From: Phoronis australis
Taxonomy: Eukaryota > Animalia > Phoronida
DNA length: 64,000 nucleotides
NCBI GenBank assembly: GCA_002633005.1
Contig: NMRA01000072.1
Span: forward strand, 78,335-142,334
Direction of reading: 5' to 3'
Each line of letters opens with the position of its first letter. Positions within the stretch are counted from its first letter, which is position 1. The translations under genes were made by a program, and so were the position numbers. Shown here in pieces: positions 40,101 through 50,400 of the stretch. The notes under the pieces were generated by a model, which was given only the letters and a program-made list of their open reading frames with translations, ran no database searches and had not been told where the DNA came from.

Positions 40101-43100
40101 TAAAACGGTTTTGATTCGGATTTAGTGGAACCGAAGAAGCCTAAATATCGCCACCCACTACGGACATTACAAATAAACGCTGTCGCCATGCCATTTTGGT
40201 GTACGAAGTCCTTAAAATGATACTCAAACCTGTTTCAGTGAATCCAACCAAATTTGCAATATTCAGAGACAAAGGAGTAGGCCTAATTTACCTACTCGTA
40301 CAATCCGTCCTCATTATGGCATTACTCGTACCCTATTATTCTAAGCGGGCGTTGCTCATGCTTGGCGATATACCCATGGTAAGACAGATTTAGTCGCAGA
40401 GACGGATTTAGATATAGAGAGACAGCTTTGGCCGTCGAAAGGCGGTTTCGTAGCGTCCTTCATTGTTTTAACAGTCGATCGGGTAAACAGTGTCATATCT
40501 TGCATAAAGAACAAGCGATTTCGCAGTAGTTAACATCTTTTTGCCCTACTATAACATGTTATGTTTCAGGCGAAGGGTATAGAATTTTTTTAAGTAAACT
40601 ATTAATACGTATTTAAAAGCACTTTTGAAAGACCATATTTGCGAGAACTATTGTTTTGACTCATATATTGGGTAAAAGAGCACTTGTGGTAAAGGAATGC
40701 CGGGCCGTTCATTGTTCATTGATTACTTCAGCGGAAAGATTCGTCGACGCTGAACTTGACTTATTCCAGTTTGAAGTTTGCGATTTCAGTTCGGTTTGAC
40801 TTAATTAGATCTGAGTGGGTTTTGAGACTTTTGACAAAGTTTGCTGTTGGCATTACGTCGTCTTTGCTCAAATATTGTCACTTTTCGTGCGAGTAGCTTT
40901 TGAGAAACCATAAAAGAACAGGACCCAGTGTTCCGTAGGCTTGGTTTTTTTGCGAGAAAAGCAAGATCTCGTAAGACTTCGCAAATCGCAGGAGTAAAAA
41001 ACGAGTGTTTTGTGAGTAAGATCTGGACTCGTTAGACTCATTGACTAATGAGTTATACCTGGCAAAATGGCGGCCATTGAAGTAATAGGTCGGCAAGGTT
41101 TGAATGTTGAATTATGGGATTGGATTCAATCTTTCCATTTTATACTAAGAGAAAATTTTTCGTTACGAGCGCAAGCTAATGTTTTACGGTCTATGGAACT
41201 TTACCAGGTATTCGCACCTTCCAATACCGTGAAATCTGACTATACATGTAGTAATTGCACACGAACTGTTAGTGACACACTGCTCTTTTCAAATTTTCTC
41301 TGCTTCTTGATAATGGGCCTCTTGAAAATCATGGCGGCACTTTCTTTTCATGGAGTAGCTCGAAAGCTACAAGGGGCCTGAGCCATAACGCGAGAAATGC
41401 GAGTGTGAGAGCTAGTGAGATCACCCGATTCGATTAGTGCATGCCGATGTCTTTTGAAAACTTGCCAAACTCTTATGTTGTAAAACATTTTTTTTTACGG
41501 GAAGTCTACAGCCCCAATTTTTACGTAACATGATGGGTGGCTGGGAAGGGGGGGAGGCGGGNNNNCCCCCCCCCCCCCCACTTCTTTCAGTGCTGTGCCG
41601 CCCATCTTGAAGAGCACAAGAGGTCTTGAATAAAATGTTAGAACGAACTCCGTTGGATTTTACAGTTAATGGTGGTTGGTCTGCTTGGAGTAGTTGGGGC
41701 TCATGTTCCGTGACTTGTGGAGGTGGATCACAGACGGCGACAAAAACGTGCACCAATCCTGCACCTGCGTATGGCGGCGATGATTGTTCAGGATCTGATT
41801 CCAAATCTCAGACCTGTAATTCCGAACATTGCCCCGGTAAGATCGACTTTGTGTTCTTCAGGATAATAATTGTGTTGCTTCAACAGATTCTGTTTCTAAT
41901 ATCTGAATCAATATCGAGATAGATTTCTTGTACGTAAACGTTAAATTTCAAAGAAATGTATGGACGTTACAACGGATACCTTCTGCAGCCGCTTTAAGTA
42001 CAGTATGCTAACGAACAATCTGGAAGAATATAATTTGCCAACTCACCGATAATAGCATTATGAAAACTGTTAAGCGATTGTATACTGACTTGCTTCTGTG
42101 ACAGTGATACATTTACGGTTGTAGACCTTGTGTCTTAAATTCACAATTGACTTTCAAATAACAGCGGAGTTCTTTGACAGTCAAGAAAACTCCGTATGGT
42201 GGTTACCAATTAAAAAGGTGTAGATCTGTTTGGATGATTAGAGTAACACTTTTCATATTGGGGCCCGTGTACTGATTCAGGCTATTAAATTGTTAATGAT
42301 TTGGTGAGATGTTGTTTAGATAAATGTTCTTCATCTCTATTTGTTTCGCAGTGGATGGGGGCTGGTCTGCCTGGGGAAGTTGGGACTCCTGCAACGCCAC
42401 CTGTGGATTAGGATCAAAGTCAAGAACGAGATCTTGCACCAATCCTGCCCCAAATTACGGAGGTGCAGACTGTTCCGGAAGCGCCTTGGGGGTGGAATCC
42501 TGCTTCTTAGTGGCATGTCCAGGTAAGATGTAGGCTTACATGGTTTTTGTAATTTCATGACCGTTCAAATACTTTAATCAGTTTTCGTAACCAAGATTGC
42601 TAAAATGTAGGCCTACATCAGTCCTGACGTTCTACAGCCACGAATCCACACTGTGACGACATTTGTGGGTTCCAATGTTTTTTCCGCCAGGCCAGCATCG
42701 CATTTGCACGCATGCACTGCTTGGTTGGTTAGAATCTTTGCAAATGACACTGTTTCTGGTTTAGTCAGGACTATAAGTTATCATCGCTACGCCAAATTTA
42801 AAAAGGAGTTTCGGAATATCTGGTATTATAAATTTCCAACGAGCAGAACCTACAGTTTTCGAAACATGTCTTAAGCTGTTGAAGTCCATTACTACAGAAG
42901 CCTTTCCATTGTAATTTGCCGTGTTTTCATTGTAATCCTCTTTTTTCCAGATCCATGTGTGTACATCTACCCAAACGCTGAATCAGTAGACAGCAATCTA
43001 CTGTCAGACCCAAACATCAAACTGTTTTCGAGACGGGACTCGAGAACTTTCCAGTCCGTAGACACTATTCCCTCTGAAACATTGACATTCAAGTCTGCGT

Positions 43101-43228
43101 CTCAAGTCCCATCAGAAATCATCTGCCTCGGCTTGTGTTCCCGCCACCTTTGCTGTGTTCACGCCATATACTCTCCGAGTACAGTCACGTGTTGGTACCT
43201 GCGTGTGTCGGATTGGAGGGTTGATTGA
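27720..43228 (+). CDS. Gene B: secreted C-type lectin / 5x thrombospondin type-1 / PAN-like mosaic protein, 533 aa, 10 coding exons; tandem paralogue of gene A
   Basis: join(27720-27771,34909-35083,35312-35534,35971-35989,36433-36603,38818-38988,39750-39920,41666-41836,42352-42522,42951-43228) = 1602 nt, open frame, all GT-AG. Confidence 0.88.
28111..28164. repeat. (AAT)18 microsatellite
   Basis: Perfect AAT run. Confidence 0.98.
29390..29750 (+). pseudogene. Decayed OTU-family cysteine protease (deubiquitinase-like) domain, probably transposon-borne
   Basis: [30 protein letters not shown] (GDGNCLFR with Cys to Phe) and ...[19 protein letters not shown] across a 1-nt frameshift (WGTDxEI box). 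Confidence 0.7.
31438..33097 (+). mobile_element. Kolobok-like non-autonomous DNA transposon (1660 bp)
   Basis: Perfect 15-bp TIRs AGGAGAATGCCACCC / GGGTGGCATTCTCCT, TTAA on both sides (31434-31437, 33098-33101), and an internal THAP ORF. Confidence 0.88.
31598..31840 (+). pseudogene. THAP zinc-finger domain (truncated transposase N-terminus)
   Basis: CIVPAC...SFFRFPRE...RKWL...[12 protein letters not shown] is a complete C2CH THAP signature. GTG start, and a stop before the AVPT box. Confidence 0.85.
34909..35083 (+). CDS. Gene B exon 2: C-type lectin N-terminal half
   Basis: [44 protein letters not shown]...; 175 nt. Confidence 0.92.
35312..35534 (+). CDS. Gene B exon 3: C-type lectin C-terminal half
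   Basis: [17 protein letters not shown]...[11 protein letters not shown]...WFDRPC...LCQYPKP; 223 nt. Confidence 0.95.
35971..35989 (+). CDS. Gene B micro-exon (19 nt, SVASMP), phase 0 to 1
   Basis: TTCTTGTTGTTTTTTGTAG|TCTGTGGCAAGCATGCCTG|GTAAGT; restores the frame into the TSP1 exons. Confidence 0.8.
36433..36603 (+). CDS. Gene B TSP1 exon 1
   Basis: [21 protein letters not shown]...CNTGGCP; 171 nt, phase 1-1. Confidence 0.95.
38070..38700. mobile_element. MITE-like element with inverted subterminal repeats
   Basis: TTACTCYGAAG-like motifs repeat at the left (38080-38215), and CTTCRGAG(Y)A-like inverses repeat at the right (38575-38690). Boundaries approximate. Confidence 0.45.
38818..38988 (+). 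CDS. Gene B TSP1 exon 2
   Basis: 171 nt, phase 1-1; 2 aa differences from TSP1 exon 1. Confidence 0.95.
39750..39920 (+). CDS. Gene B TSP1 exon 3
   Basis: 171 nt, phase 1-1; 4 aa differences from TSP1 exon 2. Confidence 0.95.
41666..41836 (+). CDS. Gene B TSP1 exon 4
   Basis: [21 protein letters not shown]...CNSEHCP; 171 nt. Confidence 0.95.
42352..42522 (+). CDS. Gene B TSP1 exon 5
   Basis: [34 protein letters not shown]...CFLVACP; 171 nt. Confidence 0.95.
42951..43228 (+). CDS. Gene B terminal exon: Cys-rich PAN/apple-like domain
   Basis: DPCVYIYP...[21 protein letters not shown]...[12 protein letters not shown]; about 60% identical (hand count 56/93) to the gene A terminal exon. Confidence 0.9.
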
Positions 43229-44260
43229 TACTATGAAACAATTATTGGACTACACAAGAAAGTTAAGTTTAAATGATTGCCACTGTGTCTAGCATAATTT
43301 ATAGAAATTATCCAAGTACCTAGCAGTTATGCTATTGTCTCAGACTGAGGTGATGCTCAAGTGCCAATTTAATAACATTTCAGAAAGTTTATAGTTGTGT
43401 GAAGTCCAGGACTCGGAATTTTAAAGTCACTTTGAAGCAGACCTGTGAGGAATACAATGAATGAGTAGTGAAAGCAATATAGGCCCGGCAATAAGTGGCA
43501 TTTCCGTGTACTCGAGGAATGGCCAGGAATTTAACAGAGACATTTCAATCCACTCAAGATGTAATAGTCAGAGATAAACGTTTTCAAAAATACAGTTTTA
43601 CTAGTTGCCTTTCTTCTGTCCTACAGGCGGCTGTTTCTTTTCTGAGAACACACAAGGCAAGTTGAATAATTTATCATTTATTTACACACTGAACACCACA
43701 TAATGAAATTTATCGTGCAACGCCTGATTTTGTTAAGAAGAATAAAAATCAAGAATCAAAGTAGCAATTCAAGATGAACAACTGATTTGTTACACTACAG
43801 TTTTGGAAGATATTGGAACTGTTTTTTTTTTTTGAATGCAGCATCAAAGATTTGTTAATTTATATGATCATCACAGACTCTGGTTCTGTGTATGCATAGA
43901 GTGGATAACATGTATGATCACATGACGTGGCTCTGTAGGGTACCTACAATATGATCTGACAACATGGACGTGACGTCCTTCAAAACACAAGTCTAACTGG
44001 ATTTCTGTATTCGACCGATGGTCCAGATGGTTCCTTGGACTAGAGCGTATACGCGGATTCCAAACAGTCTCTGGTTCCAGCCCTGGTCAGGGCAACAATC
44101 TTATCACACTTGTGACCTACTTATGAGAACATCAGAGATATCATGTATTGAGAATACACAGAGTGGGTGGTCCAGGTATTACAGTCTATGACTATATCCA
44201 TCAAGAAACTACACGAGACTAGTTGCAAAACAGCTGCAGTTGCACAAACAGAAATCCTCC

Positions 44261-44425
44261 TTATCTCTTCTTCTTTGTTTTCTTTGCGTCAGAGCCTGAG
44301 GCTCCCATTACAATGTGGCCATGTTGTATCTCCTCTCTTGTGGCTGGATCAGCCTTGGCCACCTCCTGTTGAGCTTCTATGTAGAACATCACGTCACGCA
44401 ACTGTTCACGAAGGTCACAGATCTC
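44261..44425 (-). CDS. BRAP: BRAP last coding exon
   Basis: EICDLREQLRDVMFYIEAQQ...KKTKKKR*. Confidence 0.95.
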   Translation of the reverse strand, partial: EICDLREQLRDVMFYIEAQQEVAKADPATREEIQHGHIVMGASGSDAKKTKKKR

Positions 44426-47400
44426 CTGGGGGAAAAGACAGGAAGTCAACTAAGGGAGTCACCTATAGTAAGGAAATCCAACTAATGCTTTAGGTTTGAA
44501 ATTTACTGAGCAACTTTGCCGTTTTATAAATTTAATGTATTTCATTAGTAGATTGTTCTTGAAAACAATTTAATCAGATAATGGAATGTGGTACAGTTCA
44601 AAAAGACTAACAACGATTCCAATACCTTTCTAAATTTCAGAACAGTTTCTATCAAAGCTGCATAATGACAGTCACACATTGTTTGATAGTCATCCAGATA
44701 CAGACTAATACACAAAAAACAAAAAAAATCTTGAATTTAGAACACAAAAAGGGGGAACAGAATAGACTTTATTTCCTAGATAATTTTAAACAAGTTATAG
44801 TAGACAGGAAGAAAACATTACTTCATTATGTGCAAAGTTTATATTTTGCACAGCTGCCACTAACAAACACCGTCCCAATGAAATTTGAACATGATTTTAA
44901 ACTATGCCAGTGAGCTTTTGAAAACTGGGAAAATGACAATTTTGACATTATTTTTTTTGAATTTGAGGAAACTTTAATTAATGATACAATTAAAACACCT
45001 TTCCACCAACTGCAACTCGCATGTAAATACTAATGAGTTTCACATTCTTCCACCCTCAACAGTCACCCTTCCAACAGTTATACCCTCTTTCACCACTCAC
45101 GGTGGCTGTCTCTTTCTTCACCACACACATCCTCACGTGAAGTCCTTCATAACTTGTATAATTACTTTCTGGCTCTCACATTGGCTGTTTTCCTTCATTC
45201 ACATATTCACGACAACCCACCCTTTCTTTATACTTCTGTAAGTCTAGTCCTCCAATCCCTCCAATTACGACACTGACTCCATCAACCACGTCGGTTGCCT
45301 CTTACCTATCTCCACAAACCTACACATTCTTACTCCCGTCAACCCATTCCATCTGCCACACCATCCCTTTGCCTCACCCCTATCACCACACAACAGTTCT
45401 TTCCTTACTCCCCTCAACCATTTCCACCTGCTAAACCCTCTATCACCCACGTTAGTTGCCTCACCCTTATCACCAGACACACACATGTCCTTACTCCACT
45501 CCACCAGTTACACCCTCACCTACCACCCACGTGGGTAGCCTTTCATCCCATCACCACACACCTACCCTTTCCTTGTCCTCTTCCTTTCCCTCCAACTTCT
45601 GAACCCTCTCCTGCCACTCTCGCTGGTTGTCTCGGAGACACTTGTTCATCGTTCGTTCTTCCTCTAGCTCAGTAGACAATTTGGACAGTTTAGCAGTCAT
45701 CTAGACTCAGAAAGAAAACAAGTGGTAAGTGGTATAGTTACCATTTTGACAACAAAAACTCACTGTGGATGAGTTGAAAATATGGAGTCTGGCACTGTTG
45801 TGGTTAACCGCGTGAAAGAATACATCAAGTGTAACTCTTAGCAGCTCATTCAAATATATTACTACAATTGGAAGAAAAAATGACCTCAGCTGGAAGAATA
45901 TGTCTCATGAACACTTGAGTTCCAAACAGCAATATCGCAAGTTATTAAAAAAGGGCTATTGTTAACTCTCATCAGCAGGAAAAAATGTGCCAAACACTTT
46001 GACAGTTCCATCAAAAACCAATGTTGCAAGACTTTTTGGAAACCACTGCCCATGACAAACTCTTTGCAGTATACCTCAGATGCAGACAGGCGTGACTTGT
46101 CCAGTAATTAACCTCAAGTTATTCTGCACAGGCAGTCTTTTGTTAGAGCTGACTGCTTGGCTATGTCAACTAGGACATTGTTGCCATAGTGACAGCACTT
46201 CTGATATTTAGCACAAAATATAATGGTGAAACAAAATTCTACTTCTTGAAATTATTCAAGAAAAATTAAGATTAAGAAATTTTTAGCACGCTTTGTTCTG
46301 CGTAGCTGTCGTGAAACATTTCGTGAAGTTTGCAGTTGCAAAGAAGTAAAACCTTGGAAAATAGAAAATTTGCACTTATGGCTACTATTTTTGAGCGAAG
46401 TGAATAACTACTGTATGACTGGGTATTAAGTGAATATGAATAAGCCTTTATGACTATCACTACAAAGATGGTTGGTAAACGTTTTTGTAACGCGAAGCTC
46501 AAACTTGATATCATACCAACTGACACCTCTTCTCCAAGATCAACTTTTGTTTGACCTCCTCACTCAGCCTAGTGTTGAGACCAGCACACTCATCAGTGAG
46601 TTCATTGGACCGTGACTCCAGACTCTCCTTTTCGTGCTTAGCGTTGCGCTCGATAGCTTCCATCTTTTCTTCAAAGTAATGTCGTTGCGACTCCAACTGA
46701 CTAGTCAGGAGATAGGTATACTGGAAACAGAAAGTCATAGTAAGAACACAAGAAGTGTGTTTACATCAACTGGACACATTCTAGAACACAAGGGTAAAAA
46801 GACACATTTTTAAAGATATTCTTTCCGTTTCTCATTAGTTAAAAACTTAAGAAAAGGGGCTTGACCACGCAAATTATTCTAGTTTAAACTTCTAACCAAA
46901 TGGCATTCTTTTAACACAGTACCAAATGTTTTCAAAATAACCAGAATTGAATACTTAGTTCTCAAAATCAGTTTTAAATTTCTGGTGGTAAACCTACAAA
47001 ATGTCTGCCTCATTTGAATGGCATGAAACTTCACTTTTTATGAATTGTCAGTAAAACAAATACATGCAGGACTGTCATTTCTCTATTGCACCTTTTTTAT
47101 TTTCTAAACTGGTGAAAGTAGAGCAACGAATGTTTCTGCAGGAGAAAGCCAAATGTTTTTTTATTCATTTCAATACTAAAAATACATATCTCCAGCTCTT
47201 TTTAAAATTAAAATTGATTTTGTCACCCCATTTTATCAACGGTCATAAGGCTGGTCTTAGCTTACTTAGAAGACACCTAATTGACAAGGCTCTTGAATTA
47301 CATACTATAACACATTGGGTTGAATGAAGTTTATCAATTGCTGGATTTATTCCTCCTATGCTAGAAAGCCGATGTTCTCACCTCCAATGTTAGAGAGTCA

Positions 47401-50400
47401 ATTTTCTCATCTTGCACCATATTGCCACGTTCATCTACTTCCACTAACTTCCCATCACCCTTGGTCTGTATCAATCGGTGCACATAGTTATCTCCCACAT
47501 AATCCCACACACGATTGTTACTGAGCTGCATGGCATATGTGTGATGGGTCTGTTTGAAATGCCTAAAACAAAGATTACACGGCTAGAGGGGCGCAAACAC
47601 AAAAATGGAAGCCAACATTTCTGGTATTACTTTCACTACAAAAATAATCAACATTTATTTTGGAACTGTTTTGACACTTCCTTCTGTTCTGTAAGGCCAA
47701 AAAATAACACATTTGGTTCAGGTCTGCACCCAACTCATCTTGAAACCGGTGCCTCAAACCTGGCATTGGGTGGTACTAGGTAACAAAGGGTCTCAACCCG
47801 ATTCAGCTGGCATCAGGTGACATCGGGGGAAAAAAGATCCCAACCCATTTCACCCAGTATCAGGTCACATTGTTTCGAAAATATGGTGAACTAAAAGAAA
47901 TACCACACCGATTTAAAAAAGCAGATTAACCAATTATGTTATTTTTGGCCTTAAACACAATTTTAATGAAATAAGCATGCAACAATATTAACAAAGATGG
48001 TGTGTCAATCGTCAAAAGTTATGAATAAGTGTTTGGTTACCATGACGCTCTTGTCAGCCGATATTGAAAAAAAATCACTCATCACGACTACACCAGGAAT
48101 AAATAGTGCAACAACTTTCAGAATAGCTCGTCAAACCCTTTTAATGAAATTAGGGAAAGGCAGGCAAACCTGACCCTTGCTTACTAGATTATCAGCATAA
48201 AGGGGCAGACATGAATATGAATACCACTTTGTTCATGCAAAACATATCTGGCCCTATGTACTGTTCTTAATATTTTGAATGCAACTGGTCGATTGTTCCA
48301 TCAATACACCATACTAATGATACTTTACAGCATCGGTATTTTAATTAATTTATTTCTTAAATGGAAAACCGGTCAACTTTTAGTCTTAAGGGTTCATATG
48401 CATGCAACAATAGCAAAGGTTTATATTACCCCTTTCTGGAGTAAACTTCACACTAAAACTTAATTCACATAACACATGCTTGAGATAACAATCTGTTACA
48501 ATCCATACAGCCATGGTAAAGATCAGTCCACTTTAGTATCGGCCATACGTAACAGATCACTACACCCAGAAGTTTACAATGTCACTTCATTCACACAGAA
48601 AGCCTCCAGCGAACACGTACTCAAATGCATGCCCCACCACGTAGCGACCACATCCAACATGGCCGCATATTAAGCAGATCCACAAACTCTGCAATAACAC
48701 AAGTAAAATGTAAACCAGTTGCAAAATGAGGAGAAAACCAGAGACCCCCAGCTGTCTTATTAGAAGGCCACCATTAGCTTATTGACAGAATTGATATCAA
48801 TGAGTTAAATAAAACTCAGTGAACATCTTAAAACAAGTTCTCAAATTCCTTACATGATAATCTCCATCGCTAACACTTTGGACTAGTTAATGGCAATGAC
48901 TGTGTGAATTACAGCATCTTCTCAATTGCATATTGAGGAAGACACGTTTTGATGAAATATGCTTTTACCCCACAGGAGAGGCACTAATTGTACATAGCAG
49001 TCTACAGATTGAACAACTTGTTGAAATCTCCAAATAGGTAATTAGTAATCCTTCAAAAGAAGGCATCATATTTATCATAATTATAGCATGTGATTAATTC
49101 AACTGCAAAGTAAACTTTGAAGGAGATTATAATTATGTTACTGTCCTAATGTGCAATAGACAGGGTTCAAAGTAACTTGTCCCCAAAGATTAGGGGAATA
49201 CACACACCAAGAACACCTCACCTCAGTGGAATCACATTCATTGCATTTGTTGTCTTCAGAGACCTCTGGTGTCTGGCAGTAGCGGCACACGGGGCAACTG
49301 TAAATTGTTGGACTGTCATCAGCATTTATTAGATGCATTCTCATAAACATGATGAGTATTCATTGACCACAAACCACATCTCAGTACTGCAAATTTGAAT
49401 TTGCCACGAACCCTGAAACGTGTGGTTTCACAATATCAGTGTTAGTTATGTCAAAACTGTTACAGGACTGTTTTCCAGCAATTTGTGTGGTAAGTAGGGG
49501 AACTAACCATTACATGTACTATTAACTCAGAAAATTTGTATGGTACCCCACACAGCATTCAAGGGAGGTCTTGGAATGCGTGACTACCCACACTTTAGTA
49601 TCATACCTTTGAGATAGTCACAGAAAACTGATCTTGAAATGTGCAGTATCACATACCTTGTGTCACCCCACTGTGTTAAACAAAGGCCATGAAATGTGTG
49701 GTTACACAATATTGTCAGGACTCCTTCCACTGTCTCTTCCTTCAAACAAATATTGTAAAATAAAATCAACTGAAAAACCAAAGCACATTGTGACGCACAA
49801 TTAAGTCTACTTTTAAAAAGATATGAGACGTTGCCGCCTTTCACACAAGAGATTATCAATCTTCTTTTTGAAACCTAAGTACATGCACATTCAGTCAGTT
49901 GGGTCACATGTACTATAGTCTATGAATAGTCTATGGTCACATCAACGTGCAGCACTTGTTTATTTAAAACAATGTAAGAAATCGGACATAGTCATATAGT
50001 CATACTGGATACATCCATGTTTCACCCCTTTACTAGCGGATGAGGTTTGTATGCTGCCTGTGAACACACACAATTCTTTGCCCATACGAGATCATCTGGA
50101 ACCAGCAGAGGTTGACTTTCAATTTTTTGTGACAGTGGTTGCATTAAGGTACACAACAAAAATATTAATTAATTTCAAACCAGGATTATTTGAGAACACG
50201 CAGTGTCAAACAAATCTTGAAACTACGCATTAGCTAATTAGTTACACACAGGAGAGTATTTGGGATGTGGCTGAGTTCTAATTTGTTCTTGAAAATGGAA
50301 TCCACTGGGCAACTTGATATTCACGAGGTGATGCTCAGAAATAAGCTCTTTCTTTTTGACATCTATAGGAAGGTCATTTGCTTAACATGTGACACATAGT

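Noticed and set aside
10147-43228. Single long gene (hemicentin/SCO-spondin-like) covering all TSP1 exons
   Set aside because: Each unit has its own signal-peptide exon and its own stop-containing terminal exon, and AATAAA signals follow gene A.
45265-45675. Pro/His/Thr-rich 126-aa ORF and the opposite-strand Gly/Arg ORF
   Set aside because: Low-complexity intron sequence that partly overlaps a real BRAP exon on the other strand.
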